Source: Schmidtea polychroa (taxonomy: Eukaryota). From it: 64,000 nt of DNA. The notes under the pieces are model-generated. The model was given only the letters and a program-made list of their open reading frames with translations. It was not told where the DNA came from and did not search any database. A program made the translations under genes and the position numbers. Below are positions 43,395 to 57,461 of the stretch, one piece after another. The stretch is from the NCBI GenBank assembly GCA_044892525.1, contig CM097885.1:40178001-40242000 (forward strand). Reading direction: 5' to 3'. Within the stretch, counting starts at the first letter, position 1. Each line of letters starts with the position of its first letter.

Positions 43395-44729
43395 CAAAGA
43401 GACTAATGTTCGAGGAAATATGTGAATTGGTGAAGGAGTCGTTCTGAAACTGGAAGATCACATTCTTAGCAACAAAAATTATACCCTGGGATTCAATAAT
43501 TATTTCACCACACTTTGCGTGATATAAATGCAGTTAGTAAAGTCCGTTCCAATCGACTGTGGGATTTCATTTCCAATATTGAGTCGGACAAAAACATGCG
43601 GGAAAAATGTCGTGGATCATTTCACTGGCGTTGTGATCATCAAAAGATGCTTACTACTATCAAAGGGCTTTATAATACATCAATCCCAGTGGCTTCAAAC
43701 CTTATTCCACCAATTTTGGGAAGCCCAACCGTTAGATATAAAGCAAAGCAAAGAGTTCACGAAAAGATTTCGTGGTCCTTGCTAGTAAAGAAATACAATT
43801 AAGTCATGGATGACGTTAATGTCAGTAACCAGCTTATGTAGTACTATCTAGTGAGTTTTTAACGCAAAAAATGGTATAAGTATGTATTGTATTACATAAT
43901 AAATGCGACGATCGCAAGTACATGGCTATTATATGGACCAGAATCTTCTCTGAATGGCATCCCTACAAAGATAATACTTATGTGGTTCAATTTAGATTCT
44001 ATATAATTTTACAAGTTCATAAAAAATAGGGAATAAATAATACAATGAACTATTTGTTTACAATTTTCACTTCAATTGTAAAAGATTTGAATAATGGAAT
44101 GGAACACCGGGTAGTTAAATAAATAGAAGAAATTCAAGAAATTCGTGTCTATTTTTCTTCTTCCTAAATATATTGCATGGGACAGTGGAAAAGTTATATA
44201 GGCTATATATGTATATAAAAGCTATATAATATATAGTATATATAATATATAGTATATATAATGGCCCAATTTAATAAAAACACTAAAGCGCCAAACAAAC
44301 GAAATATATTTCAAAGAAATTATCCTCATCTTGTCATCGAAATTTATATCATAAGTTATATACGGAAATAATAATGAAGTAGCTCACTAAATGCTAATTG
44401 TATGGTGATTGTTTTATAATCACCAATGCCTTACAAAAAATTCTTTCCCATTTATTATTAAAGTTTTTACATAAAAGTTTAAAATCTTTTAAGTCAGTAG
44501 TTTTTAACACATTTTCTATGACTCGCGCCTTTCAATCAAATATGTTCTTGAACCCACGTGAAGAGATCATGGGAAGTCTCTCCAATGTATGTGGGATTGT
44601 ATTAATTGCATGAAAACTTATTTACTAGATAAGGCACTAAACTTATTTGGCAGTGAGATTTATTACTAAAGATATTTAATGATTTTAACACTATTTTAAA
44701 TATATAAGAATTTAAATAAACACGGTAAA

Positions 44730-47700
44730 AATTTTATTAATAAAAATCGCCATTCGTACATCTTTTTCACTTTATATTTCGATAGCATCACTATCATCAT
44801 CAGGTTACCTACATTCACGACGGATGAATAACTATACTATATTGATAATATATAAGCAAATTATAAAATATATAAATTTTAAATTATAAATACAAATTTT
44901 AAACAATTATTTTTTAAAAATAATTTTCAATAATCAATTATATTTAAACTTTTAAAATTATTTAAAAATATTATTTTAATTATTTTTTTTAATTATTTAA
45001 CATAACTATATTATTAATATACATCAACATACAAAAACTTAATTAAAAAATTCAACACACACGTATTTACTGCATTCTGCACATTGATTTTAGGATTAAA
45101 AGTTCTTATCAATAATGCTTCGCATATCACACGCTCAAAACAATTATCAAATTTTTTGATAAGATTTTAAAATTAGACATTCCTAATTCTCTCATACAGA
45201 CTTTATTATGATCCTTAATATTGGACAGTCCCTTCGGTCGACAGTGTTCTTGAACTCGAGTACAGAGATGACGGGAAGTCTCTCCAATGTATGTGGCAAT
45301 GCTTGTGAATTGATAAAGGAGATCCAAACAAAATCCAAACGGCGTTTGAGATTGACTAACAAATATACTACGTTCTTCGCACGATTTTGAAACAATTCTA
45401 TAATTCAATGTACCCAACTGCTTACCAATCTTTCTTTTGAAATCTTTATATCCTTCAGAATACGGCAATACCATCGTTTATTTTGTCTCATCTTGTTTAT
45501 TAGTATCAATACTCATAATAACTACATCATGCGAGATATCAGTCAATTTACATTCATTCATACTACGATCCTTAGAAATATCCATATACACTCATACCTC
45601 GCTTTACGGCCTAGATACGTTCCAGGAAAGTTGGCTGCAAAGCGAAACGCCGCATAACGAATCAAATATTTTGATACAATTCCATATAAATTCAATAGGA
45701 TTGGTTCCAATTTTTTATAAAATAACGTAGTTTTTTGTTTAAAATGCATTTTTTTCTTTTTATTTCATTTAAAAATGCTTACATATAAAATAAAAATAAA
45801 TAACAAGTACATATTATATATAACAATAAACTGAAATAAAAAAAACAAAAACAAATTCATTAATAAAATCGAAATTAATAAATTGATACATAATAAAATA
45901 CATAAATTAAAATTTTTAAAGACAGAGTTCTAATCTGAAGACGAACATGAAGAATCGGTAAGCTGCAATATAATGTCATCATCATTTTCCGCTGTTGTAG
46001 ATTTAGATGATTTTTTAAGAAATTTATCCAACGTTGTTTGTCTTGCCTTGGTTCTTGCTTCTTTTTGCAGTTCTACATAACAGTTAATCGCTGAGTTAAT
46101 TCCGCGAAAAACGTTAGCGCTGTGTTCTACGTCTGGATCACTTTGAAGAAGGATTTTTATTCCTTGTTCGAAATGAGAAAGCGCACTGGACAAGTTCTTT
46201 AAGGTTAGCTGTTTACATACATCAGGCTCTGGCTCCTCATCAAGTGATCGGTCCTCTTCGATATAGACCAGTTCCTCGTGTGAAAGGGGTTCTCTACCAG
46301 CATTTAGCAAATCAAGCACATCACCTTCTTCCAAATCCTCAAAACCAAGATCATTCGTTAGGTTCAATATGCTTTGTTCAAACTTTTTTTGGCCGTATAA
46401 CGAAACATTTTAGGCCGTAAATCGAAAAAGTGCCGTAATTAAAGTAGGCCGTTATAGCGAAAAGCCGTATAAAGAGCAGCCGTATAGCGAGGTATGAGTG
46501 TATTTATCAACAGTCTCTTTCAACGTTAACAATAAAAACCGTTTTGAGTAGCCATTCTTCACCAGTAATTCAAATAATTAATCTACACTTTTTACTGAAT
46601 TTTTAAAAGTGCAGGATAAGCACCATGATCGATAAACCAATCCTTTCACCATGTTTCTTTTATATTTAAATTCACAAAAACTCTCTGGGGTAGTATAGAG
46701 GCCAGTTTCCGTTGGTTTTCTGTAAATTTCTGTCTCATATTGTTAATCTTTATGTTTAATTAACAAGTCCAGAAATTCTATGGATAAATCCTTCTCAGTT
46801 TCACATGTGAATTTAATGTTCTTATGCAATTCATTCATGTAATTCAAAAAAAAGTTTCATATGTTCCTTATTTTTAAATATCAGAAAAATATCATCAACA
46901 TACCTTTTATACTATTGACGCCATTGTTGATGCTAAGGGCGAACCCATAGCTACTCCATCAATTTGTTCATACCATTCATTATTAAAAAGAAAATTAACT
47001 TTAAAAATTGCAAACTCTAAAAGCTTCCTAAATGCATTTCCATCACACATATTATGCACATTAATATTTTCATTCCATAATTCACAACATAAATCGATTG
47101 TTTCTTTCAACAGGACATTAGTAGATAAACAACATATATCAAACGAAACCATATACTCATTAAAATTATTTTTATTCAACTGTTCTATACATGATGCAAA
47201 TTCGAAACTATCCTTACATTCAAACTCAGATTTTATTAAGGATTTTAATAATCCATCCAAATACTTCGCTATTTTATACTGAGCTGTTCCAACCATAGAT
47301 AAAACAGGTCTCATAGTAACTCCGTCTTTATGAACTTTTGGAAGTCCGTATAATTTAGCTGGTTGTGAACCTTTTGCATGAATTAATTTTGCTACCTTTT
47401 CATCAATATGATTCTTAACAAAATCACACAACATAGTATTCAAAATCACTTCATCCTTTAGAGGTGGCAATCTCCTTTTTTTTCGAAACCTATCGATTTT
47501 TGAAAATTGAAAACCTAAGAGTACTTCATTTAATTTATTCACATAAACATCATGGTCCACAATCACAAATCCATTTCCTCTATCAAATTTACAAACATTA
47601 ATATCTTTCTTAGCTAAGTTCTTCTGTACCAAAAAATCTTTAATATTCTGGTTTTTATTTTTATCAACATACTCAATCGTACTTTCACTCAGCATACTTT

Positions 47701-47930
47701 TTACCGTAATTAGATCAATATCCTTCTTTGACTTACATTTATTATAATAAACACATTCAATTTTTGCACGCAATTTATTTTCATCGATCCTATTTCTTAT
47801 GCAATGGTTCGGACCATATTTTTAAATATGTAACTCTTCATTAAACAGAACAATCTTACTCATATTAATCACAGTATTCTCAACATTAAATTTAGAAACT
47901 CCAAATAATTTTCTCAAGTTCAATAATTAC
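44730..47930 (-). mobile_element. Penelope-like retroelement (RT + GIY-YIG), decayed
   Basis: DRGN, LYGLPKVHK, RPVLS and GVAMGSPL RT motifs; YIGETSR.L.TRVQEH endonuclease; hammerhead-like motif near the 3' end. Confidence 0.88.
45589..46500 (-). mobile_element. Non-autonomous pogo/Tigger element inserted in Penelope
   Basis: TIR cactcatacctcgc(t/a)tacggc; TA TSD; Tigger C-terminal peptide (PLSHEEL...KARQTTLDKF). Confidence 0.85.
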
Positions 47931-47935
47931 GATGG

Positions 47936-50900
47936 TCACAGAAATCTTTATTCACTTCAAAAATCTAAACGGAACACACAATCGTTATACTATTTATAGT
48001 ACATTGAATTGCGTAATCTATAAAAGGGAGAATTATTAGTTTAAGTCAGTGTTTCTCAAACTATGGGTCGCGACCCATTTTTGGGTCGCGAAAGAATTTT
48101 TGGTGGGTCGCGATGACTTATGGAAAGATCTACAAATATAAATTTTGGAAGTTTAAGCCTTTTAAATTTATTTAATCTTTGTCATGTGGGTCGCAATAAA
48201 ATTTTTGGCATGAAATGTCAAAAATTTGGGTCGTGATCAAAAAAGTTTGAGAACCACTGGTTTAAGTGATACTGTTGACACAGAAGACAAACATACTTAC
48301 TTAATTTAGTTATACAAGCATTCCCGCATCATTCAATAGATATCAAAGTCTAGTGACCTGGTTATGTAAGTAATTCGTTGGAAATTATTATATCATCTTA
48401 CATCCCCCTTCATTTAAAACACTTTTGATCCATTCTACATTTCGAATTATTTCTTTGCCTTGCTTATTCTTTAAAACATAGCTTCTGTCATGTCGTTTTC
48501 CAGTTATTTCATAAGGCCCTTCATAACGTTCATCCATCTTTCTAGTATTTTCTTTTTTAACCAATACTTGGTCTCCAACTTCAAAATTCCTATAATTTTG
48601 TGTAATTAAATTCTTTTCTATGTTTTGTTTATGTTTAATTCCCTCCACGATCTCCCTTCTCCGATTATTAGCATCATTATTTTGTATATCCAAATTCTCT
48701 TTTTCCATCCATTGTCTACAAATATTCCGCCCAAATATTATTTCAGAGGGCGAAAATCCGGTTGTCTGCTGTATCGTCGCATTTAACATAAATTCCACAT
48801 CTGGCAATATTTCTGCCCAATCTTTATGCCGTTTGTCTTTTAACGTAATTGCAATTGCATCCCTTATAGTTCTAAATTGCCTCTCAACTAAACCGTTTGT
48901 ACTATGATGATATGGGCTTGAATATATTATTGTAATATGATGAGTTTTCAACACTTCTAAAAGGAGTTGAGATTCAAATGTTTTTCCTCTATCGGAGTGA
49001 ATGATTTTAGGGGCACCAAATTTCAAAATCCAATTTTCTCTTAAAATCTTTGTCGTCGTCTTTTCATCCTGATAAGCAACTGCCGTCAATGATATATACC
49101 TACTGAATTGATCAATTATAGCTAAAATATATTGTTTTCCATGAATTGTTTTCTTAAATGGTCCGCAGAAATCAATAAATATCTCTTTGAAAACTTCATC
49201 TGTACTCTGTTTAATCAGCGGTTCTTTTGTTCGTCTTGTCCACGTCTTCCGTTTCTGACACTGTTCACAATTTTCAATCACTCTTCTAACTTCGTTTTCA
49301 CTAATTTTCATTTTCATATTTTTCCGTGCATATTCGTAAATTCTTTTTACCCCTGCGTGACATAAGTCTTTATGTATATTAAAAATTATACCTTCATTAT
49401 TTACTTTTATTTCTTGGTCCATATTTTCTATGGCCAATATTTTAGTTTTATTTTTATCTACCTTGGCGTTTTCATGAACTGTTTGGCACTGACTACATGA
49501 AGTACAGTCTTTTCTTGATAGGGCATCTGCGTTAGCATGCAATTCTCAATTTCTGTATTCTAATTTGATATCTAGCCCACTTAAATAGTTAATCCATGTT
49601 TGGAATTGTGCTGTAATTGGCTTTTTTGTATTTATCATAAAGGTTATAGCTTTATGATCGGTTCTTAAAGTAAATCTTTTTCCATATAGATAGTGTTTGA
49701 AATGCTGAGTAAAATGATAGATTGCAAGCAATTCCTTTCGCGTAAAGCAGTAACCGATTTCGTGCTTTTTCATTGTCTTTGATCTATATGCAATAACTTG
49801 TTCTTGTCCATTACTACTCAACTGCGAAAGCACTCCCCCAATCGTATCAAAACTAGCATCTGTATCTAAAATAAAGGTTTTTCGTAAATCCGGAAATCCT
49901 AGTACTGGGGTAGACGTTAACGCTTTCTTTAGCGTGTTGAAATTTGTTTCACATTCTTCAGTCCATATAAGTTTATCTTTGTTAGACCCACATAACCTTT
50001 CTAATGGTCTTGCATACTTGACGTAATCTTTAACAAATTTTCGATAATAATTTGTTAAGCCTAGAAAGCTTCTTAAACGTTTAATACATTTTGGTTTTTC
50101 ATATTCTTGCATTGCTTTTATCTTTTCATAATCTGTCTTAATACCATTTTTATTTATAATGTGTCCCAAAAATTTTATTTCTAGTTTGTTAAAACAACAT
50201 TTTTCTAAGCTTATTTTCAAACCAGCTTCTTGAATCTTTCGAAAAACTCTTTCTAGTCTTTTTTTATGTTCGATTTCATTGTCTGCAAATATAAGGATAT
50301 CGTCTAAATAGACAATTGCTTCTCTCCAATTAAGATCACCCAAAACTTGAGTCATTAATTTTTGAAAAGTTGCTGGGGCAGCTGCAATTCCAAAAGGCAT
50401 TCGGTTAAAACAATATTGACCATCTTTTGTTGCAAATGCAGTCTTTATTTTTGATTCCTCTTCTAATTCCACTTGATAATAAGCATTACCAAGATCGATT
50501 GTGCTAAATATCTGTGCTCCATTTAGGATATCCATCATCTCTTAAATATTTGGTATTGGGAATCGAGGTCTCTCCGTAATTGCATTTAGTGCCCGAAAAT
50601 CCAAACATATTCTAATATCTGATTTATTCTTTTTTAACACACATACCAATGGGCTATTCCACACCGAGTCACATTTTTTTATAATTCCTGCTTCTTCCAT
50701 GTCTTTTAGCATGTCTTGTATTTTGTGAGCAATATGAATCGGCTGACGTCTAGGATTAATTGTCACTGGGCTACCTCTAGTAACTATCTTATGTTTAATT
50801 AACTGTGTTTTTCCTACATCCCATTTATTTTTCATGAATATATCCGAAAATTCTTTAAGTAATTTATTAATCGTTGGGTCGATAATTCCTTTCAAATTGT

Positions 50901-52866
50901 TGTTCCTCTAAATTCATTAATTGATTTTTTAATTTTACTCTAGTTACTGCCTGTAATTTAATATCAAAACAATTCATCATTTCTACGCCTGCAATTACGC
51001 TCGGGTTAATCTTATTTGCCACAAAGAATCTTATTACCAATTCTAATCCCGAAATTCTCACTTTTAGTAATATTGTTCCTATGATTTTAAGTGTGCTCTC
51101 GTTTGCACATGTAACAATAATATTGGATTCCCCTATTTTATCACGCATTTTTAATTTACTAACAACATCTTCGCTAATCACGTTTATTCTAGCCCCGGTA
51201 TCCAAAAGACAATCAACTTTTATTTTATTTTCCAGCCAAATACCTACACTAGGTCTGCCATTCATTCTTTCGTAAACGAATTTACGCGCAAAAGGTCTTT
51301 CTTTATTTTCATTAACTTTATTATTAATTATATTGATACTCATAATCTTATCAATTTTGTTATTAATTTCATAAAAACTATATTCAAAATAATTTTCAAA
51401 GTCAAAACATTCACAATCATTCATAATTACATCATTAATTTTTAAATCATCTTTAAATTCATTCATTACGGAAATCTTGAAATCACAAGCATTCAAATTC
51501 AAACATTCTGTGTCAACAATATACTTACTTAAACCAAATTTATGGCTCCTAGCAACTCCCTTGAAACTGGAGCCTCCCCTTTTAGCTGTTCGCAATCTTT
51601 TTGCATGTCATCTTGTTGAATCAGCTCTCTTTCCTCGTATTCTTAGTCGTATATCGCATTGCATTGTCTTCGATGTGGTCCTCTGTCTGAAGATTGGTTT
51701 CTGCTTTGATATTGTCCTCTGGATCCAAATTGTTTTTGATTTCTATCATAATTTCTTCCGTTGTAATATGCTTCTGTTTTAACTGAATTTCTTCTGATGT
51801 CCTAACATTGATACTTGAAATGACCATTTTTGGAACATTGAGAGCATTTTACGTTTGGGCATTCTGCTCGAATATGTCCTTGCTCTCCACACGCCCAACA
51901 TCTCTGCAGTTTAAATTGCCTGGTCCCGTTCTTCCAGTCACTTTTACTTTGCATATTGAAGTTCACGGCCTCATTGGTTCTAGAGTTAGAAAATATTGGC
52001 GTCTTATTCTGTTGGTACAACTGAGTTTTTCTCGGACTTTTGACTGTCTCCGCATATGATTTATTTTCATATAGAGATGCTAATGATTGTTCACTTGAAA
52101 GCTCTTTTTGAATTTCTTCATTCTTGATATCACTTCCTTGGCCTTATCTACTGATTTAACTTCTCTTAATTTCAATTCTTTTTTTGTTTCTATATCTTCC
52201 ATTGCATTCTGCAATAAAAATAACATTAATGCCGGTTTTGTTAATTTGTGTCGAAGAACATTGTCGACGAGCTTTTCCACTTTATTGAAAAATTCGGTGC
52301 ACGAGTCATTTCCTTTTCGATATCTTAAAGCTGCGTCTAGATCCATGGCTAGATTTTTCCTTGGCTCGAACGCTTTTCTTATTCTTTCTTCATAGCCTGA
52401 ATAATCGCTCTGTACTTCTTCATATTTCTGGAGCAACCCTACCGACAGAAAGGCCTTGGTAACAATTTCTTGAATTTCTTGCGGTTGTTGAGTGACTTCG
52501 AAAAATCTCTTCAATTCCAAAATAAAAATTTCTAAATCCCCATTTGGCAGCAATTGATTAGGTGGTTTGATATAGTTCTGGAGTCCTGGCGTGGTCGCCA
52601 TGTTAGAAGAAGACATAGTTTCACAGAAATCTTTATTCACTTCAAAAATCTAAACGGAACACACAATCGTTATACTATTTATAGTACATTGAATTGCGTA
52701 ATCTATAAAAGGGAGAATTATTAGTTTAAGTGATACTGTTGACACAGAAGACAAACATACTTACTTAATTTAGTTATACAAGCATTCCCGCATCATTCAA
52801 TAGATATCAAAGTCTAGTGACCTGGTTATGTAAGTAATTCGTTGGAAATTATTATATCATCTTACA
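47936..52866 (-). mobile_element. Ty3/Gypsy LTR retrotransposon with gag-CCHC, PR, RT, RH and IN (frameshifts and stops)
   Basis: Identical LTRs (52621-52866 vs 47936-48402 minus the MITE); TSD atgg; tRNA-Arg-like PBS 52581-52600; PPT at 48403-48414; LDTGA, YLDD, HHCC/DDE and GPY motifs. Confidence 0.95.
48047..48259. mobile_element. hAT (Charlie-like) MITE inserted in the Gypsy 3' LTR
   Basis: TIR cagtgtttctcaaact / agtttgagaaccactg; perfect 8-bp TSD gtttaagt; absent from the other LTR. Confidence 0.92.
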
Positions 52867-53158
52867 ATGGTATTGCCCGTATTCTGAAGGATATAAAGAT
52901 TTCAAAAGAAAAATTGGTAAACAACTGGTAAACAGAACTTTTAATCCTAAAATCAATGTGCAGAATGCAGTAAATACATGTGTGTTGAATGTTTTTAATT
53001 AAGTTTTTGTATGTTGATGTATATTAATAATATAGTTATGTTAAATAATTAAAAAAAATAATTAAAATAGTTATTCATCCGTCATGAATGTAGGTAACCT
53101 GATGATGATAGTGATGCTATCGAAACATATAGTGAAAAAGATGTACGAATGGCTATTT
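52867..53158 (+). repeat. Inverted pseudo-LTR of the Penelope element, with hammerhead-like motif
   Basis: Reverse complement of parts of 45474-45415, 45105-44970 and 44835-44745. Confidence 0.85.
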
Positions 53159-53431
53159 ATATAATAATTATATAATTATTTTATGACAAAATACTTAAAA
53201 TTTTTAAAACCTTCCGAATATAGAATTTCTAAAACATGAGATGTTATAGGTTCAACATCATTTAATTGACTATCATTTCCATTGTTATTATAAGGTGTAA
53301 TCAAAAAGGGGCAATATATTTTGTCAGCTTTTCATTAATAGATCTCGCACGTATAGTTACTTAGAAATGAAATATATACTAATTTAGACATAAAATATAT
53401 CATAAAATTTTGTTATGGAATAGAAGCCAGA

Positions 53432-53498
<67 letters not shown>

Positions 53499-54240
53499 GG
53501 GGGTATGAATGCCTCCAGGATTTTGTGTAATGTTGCATATTGATATAAATATTTATTTTCGTAAAATGTCGTAATTTACAAGTTGATATTTACAAAAAGA
53601 TATGACATTTAGAATTCGCAATTATGCTAGATAGTACATTATACTAGTGCCCAGAAAGTTGTAAAAATCTTTGCTTTGTTATGTAATAGTTGGATACACG
53701 TGAAATTTAGTTTCCTTAAAATTTGAAAGTAGTGTAAAAAATGAATATTTTAAATGCAATGATTTTAACATTCCAAAATTGATTATCAACACTTAAAATA
53801 CTTTCGGCACATTTGGCACCCTTTATACCATATATAAACTGTTTTACATGTTATTGCATCTGTTTTGTTATAATATTTAGCAACCCTTAGATACCTTTGA
53901 GTTGAGTAATTGAAAGTTTAAATCCGTGTTGCCCACAGTGGGGCATCACTCCTCAGAGATGGGGCACCGCGATTCAGAGCTGGGACATGTCAGCAATTAT
54001 CAACTATTCCACATATATATCTTTTAATATAATATGCTCATTCATGACTAAATATAACAACGTGCATGCATCAATTTCATCGACCGTTATTTTTGCATAC
54101 TGGCAATACTGATTATTGAAGTTTGACATCTACTTTAAAGAGGCCGGTGGAGAATATGACATTTGAAAATACTACGGTGAGGCATTGTATAAAGAAGGTC
54201 GGGAAACACTGGTTTAAATAAAAAATATAATTAAACATGC

Positions 54241-55662
54241 TTATTTCTCGATAATATTCATTTTATACATGTAAAATTTGAAAAATCCAAAAATAATAAT
54301 AATTACGGTTTCCAAATACTCTCCTTCGACAGCTAAAGAGCCGGAATTATCTCTTTGTGAATTCACAACCCATCTTTCATATTTTTCCAAATCTTCATCA
54401 CTAACTTTGCACGAAATCAATCCTTCTCTAGCCTTATTCAAAGTGCCATGTCCTTCATATAATATCATGGAGCCATTGGTTGCTTCATATGCCTTTTGGG
54501 CAGGATCTACTTGTTGACACTGTTTGTTAGCGGCCAGTCGGGATTTTCTTGTATCAGAGAGCCACTTAGGTTCGATTTTATAATGTTTAAAAAATTCATT
54601 TCTCCGTTTAATATCAACCATTGGATCTTTGTAATCATAAATCTTGCGTGGTAACGGAACCTGGATTATTCGATCTGTAACGGAGCTAAATTTCCGAATG
54701 TATATGTTATCGTCTACTACCTGGCATGATCTAGATGTCTTTATAGGCACCAATTGATAATTGATGTCAACCATGGAAAAGGTGAATTTTAAAATATCTC
54801 CTTTATAGCTTGCAATTATGGAACCTTTATTCTTCTTTTGATCGACGGTTTCCAACCCTAGATCAATCGCAAAATTATTCGAATGCAAATCTGTTAAAGG
54901 TTTAGTAAAATCCATTGTCATTATCTTAGGAGAAAATTTGAAATTAATATTTTGAACCCTGATATACAAAACTGGTTTCTGTAAGTTGGTTTTGGTAGCA
55001 CTGACCCCAGGAAAAGGCTTGGATGGTGGTATTTCCTTTCTCATTCGCTTACCAATTTTTTGTTTCATTGACATTACTGATACTCGACCTTCCTTTAAAT
55101 GGTTAACCTCAAAATCCTTTCGAGTCGTATTAAATCGCATCAAATGAGGCGTATATTCTTCTACATAGCGGGATTTTGAATATGGTTGAACTTTTTTATC
55201 AGTGTCCTTTTCAACAAAGTTTCTTTCTTTGGTGTATAATGGTATTATGTTTCCATTAATTGCCCGAAATGTTAACTTAAACATTTTATTCTGATTATTT
55301 CTAATGAATACCGAGCTAACTTCGTTAGCAGCATTTTGGGGTTTATCAGGATTTTTAGTATTACCTGGTGAAACGTCGACATTTGAGATTTCATCAGCGC
55401 TTTGAGCTTTATTGATAGCATTCTGATTACTGGAAATCCAAATGTAAATAGGGTTGAAGAATTCGGAATTTGATGAATTATGACAAATAGGCTTTATGGT
55501 TCTTACGGCCCTTGTACTGTTAATTGACGGCATCTCGTATATGGTGGGCGAAGGAACATATCTTTCAACAGATCTTACCAAGTATTCTGATTTAATACTG
55601 CTAGGAGTAAATAAGCAACTTATCATCAGTGTTTTTACATTAATATTATTTTTCGTAAACAA
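54241..55662 (-). CDS. Hypothetical host protein, large exon (probable donor near 54306)
   Basis: 473-codon open frame in AT-rich DNA; ACC|gtaatt donor-like end; no family recognised. Confidence 0.55.
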   Translation of the reverse strand: MFTKNNINVKTLMISCLFTPSSIKSEYLVRSVERYVPSPTIYEMPSINSTRAVRTIKPICHNSSNSEFFNPIYIWISSNQNAINKAQSADEISNVDVSPGNTKNPDKPQNAANEVSSVFIRNNQNKMFKLTFRAINGNIIPLYTKERNFVEKDTDKKVQPYSKSRYVEEYTPHLMRFNTTRKDFEVNHLKEGRVSVMSMKQKIGKRMRKEIPPSKPFPGVSATKTNLQKPVLYIRVQNINFKFSPKIMTMDFTKPLTDLHSNNFAIDLGLETVDQKKNKGSIIASYKGDILKFTFSMVDINYQLVPIKTSRSCQVVDDNIYIRKFSSVTDRIIQVPLPRKIYDYKDPMVDIKRRNEFFKHYKIEPKWLSDTRKSRLAANKQCQQVDPAQKAYEATNGSMILYEGHGTLNKAREGLISCKVSDEDLEKYERWVVNSQRDNSGSLAVEGEYLETVIIIIFGFFKFYMYKMNIIEK

Positions 55663-56434
55663 ATTACCAATATTTCAATAATGAATAATTCAATTCTTTA
55701 AAACGAATTAAATATTGTAGTAAAAAATCAACTAAATAAACCCAAAGTCTTAAAAGGTCAAATAAAAGAGTAATTAGTTATCTTTACTTTGATCGGTATA
55801 TAAACATTTCGCGTTGAATACAAAGAAATGTTGAGTTAGAGATTCAACGACATCCAGATGTGAATTTAACGGAGGGGCGTCATAGTGGGAATATACTTCT
55901 GATGAGCCCTGCGAATCCCCGAATTCACACTTTCTAAAGACACCAAGTTCATGGTTTCATGTGTACAATTTTTATTTTATATAAGTGTAGTGTTATGTCC
56001 GTTGACCTACTTTTGCTTTCTCGGTTCCAGGTGGAAAGCTCAAATTTAATTTGTCGTCATGACTTCTGGCTCAATAGAAGCAACCCCTCTAAAAACAGGA
56101 TAGAACCAAACCACGCCCGTCAAGTGTGATATGAATGCTGTGGGATTTGGATGGAAGTCCAAAACGAAGGTGAGAACCCTCGAGGCTTGCTAAGTTTTGA
56201 AACATCCTGGGTTCAAGGTGCGATAGAAGATACCAACTGATTAAATATGTGTTAGATTCTTCCTTCATCATTTTTCACTTTTTCTCTCCCAGTTATTCCT
56301 TATCCGGGGAATTGATTCTCTACAATGAGCTAAAGTCGATACATAACTGTCAAGTTTAACTACGACCATTTATTTTCTTCACCGCAAAGTAAATACCCAA
56401 TGAGAAATGACACACAGCAAATATATATATATAG

Positions 56435-56670
56435 TGGTGGGTTACTGATGATCAAATATTTTGCTCTTTAGTGCTGTTACCAGCGTAACCCAAGATACAA
56501 CATTGTTTACCGCTTGATACCCGTTGAATGATCAACGTTGGTACTGTATCAAGAGGGTGAGTGCTCGCAAAAAGTGAGCGCACTACTTGCACTGTAATTG
56601 TCGAGCACTCTACTGGGTTCACGGACTATCGTTAGAAGATATATGTCCGATTTACGCAGGTCCCTTATTA
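56435..56670 (-). ncRNA. 3' structured domain ending in 7-bp stem + ACCA (copy B)
   Basis: Inverted homolog of 8722-8947 with compensatory changes; followed by (TA)n. Confidence 0.6.
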
Positions 56671-57461
56671 TAATTACTTTCTCAACTATGCCTATACAAA
56701 CTTTCTATCCTCAAACGATCATAAGTCATCAGGAATCATACATTAATCTATTAAAACCTGTTCATACAATACCACATCTAAAATGTTTGAATATAAATTA
56801 AGTGAAACATAGCCATAGTTTATTAAACATAGTTTTGAGGATAATGAATTTAATTAGAACACAATCAAAAAAAAACAACTTATATATTGGTGAACATACA
56901 AATAAGGGTCAGAAATTTCACCAACCACAACAACAAAATATAATAACTTTACAAGAACCATGATTGTTTATGACCGCGTATTATTTGACTAAGCGTATTT
57001 CGCGGTGACTATGATTGTCCTAGTTGACCTACAATGACACTCCCCTTTGTTGAGCCCGGGTAGTTATAGAGAGATGGTTAGATCAACAATCAAAATCTCA
57101 CAATACATTTTTGTTAATATTATATTTTTAATTCAAGTTAAATAAATTCAAAATACATCAATAACTGTTACAAAACAATTCCTTATATAATTTTAAGAGA
57201 TACTTCTAGAAAATTCAAATTGACTCAAACTTTATTTATTTTTAAAAATTTGTTTTCTATTAATAATAGATTTTTTCTAGAATTTTAAGAAAATTTTAAT
57301 TCAAAATTTATAATAATATTAAATTAATTTTACAATACTCGTTACTTACATTTTAAACAAAACTTATACGTCAGTTTGAAGTATTTTAAACTTGTTTTAA
57401 CTAATTATTTTTTAACAAACCATTTTTTTTATTATATATTATTAATTAGTGATATTTTGCA

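Larger units (their letters stand above)
40690..43990 (+). mobile_element. Decayed piggyBac (PGBD-like) transposase interrupted by a hAT element
   Basis: LHFNDN, KLYKVQPL, VDEQMIP, P.K, NYFT, VRSNRL and KKWY motifs on either side of the insertion. Confidence 0.75.
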
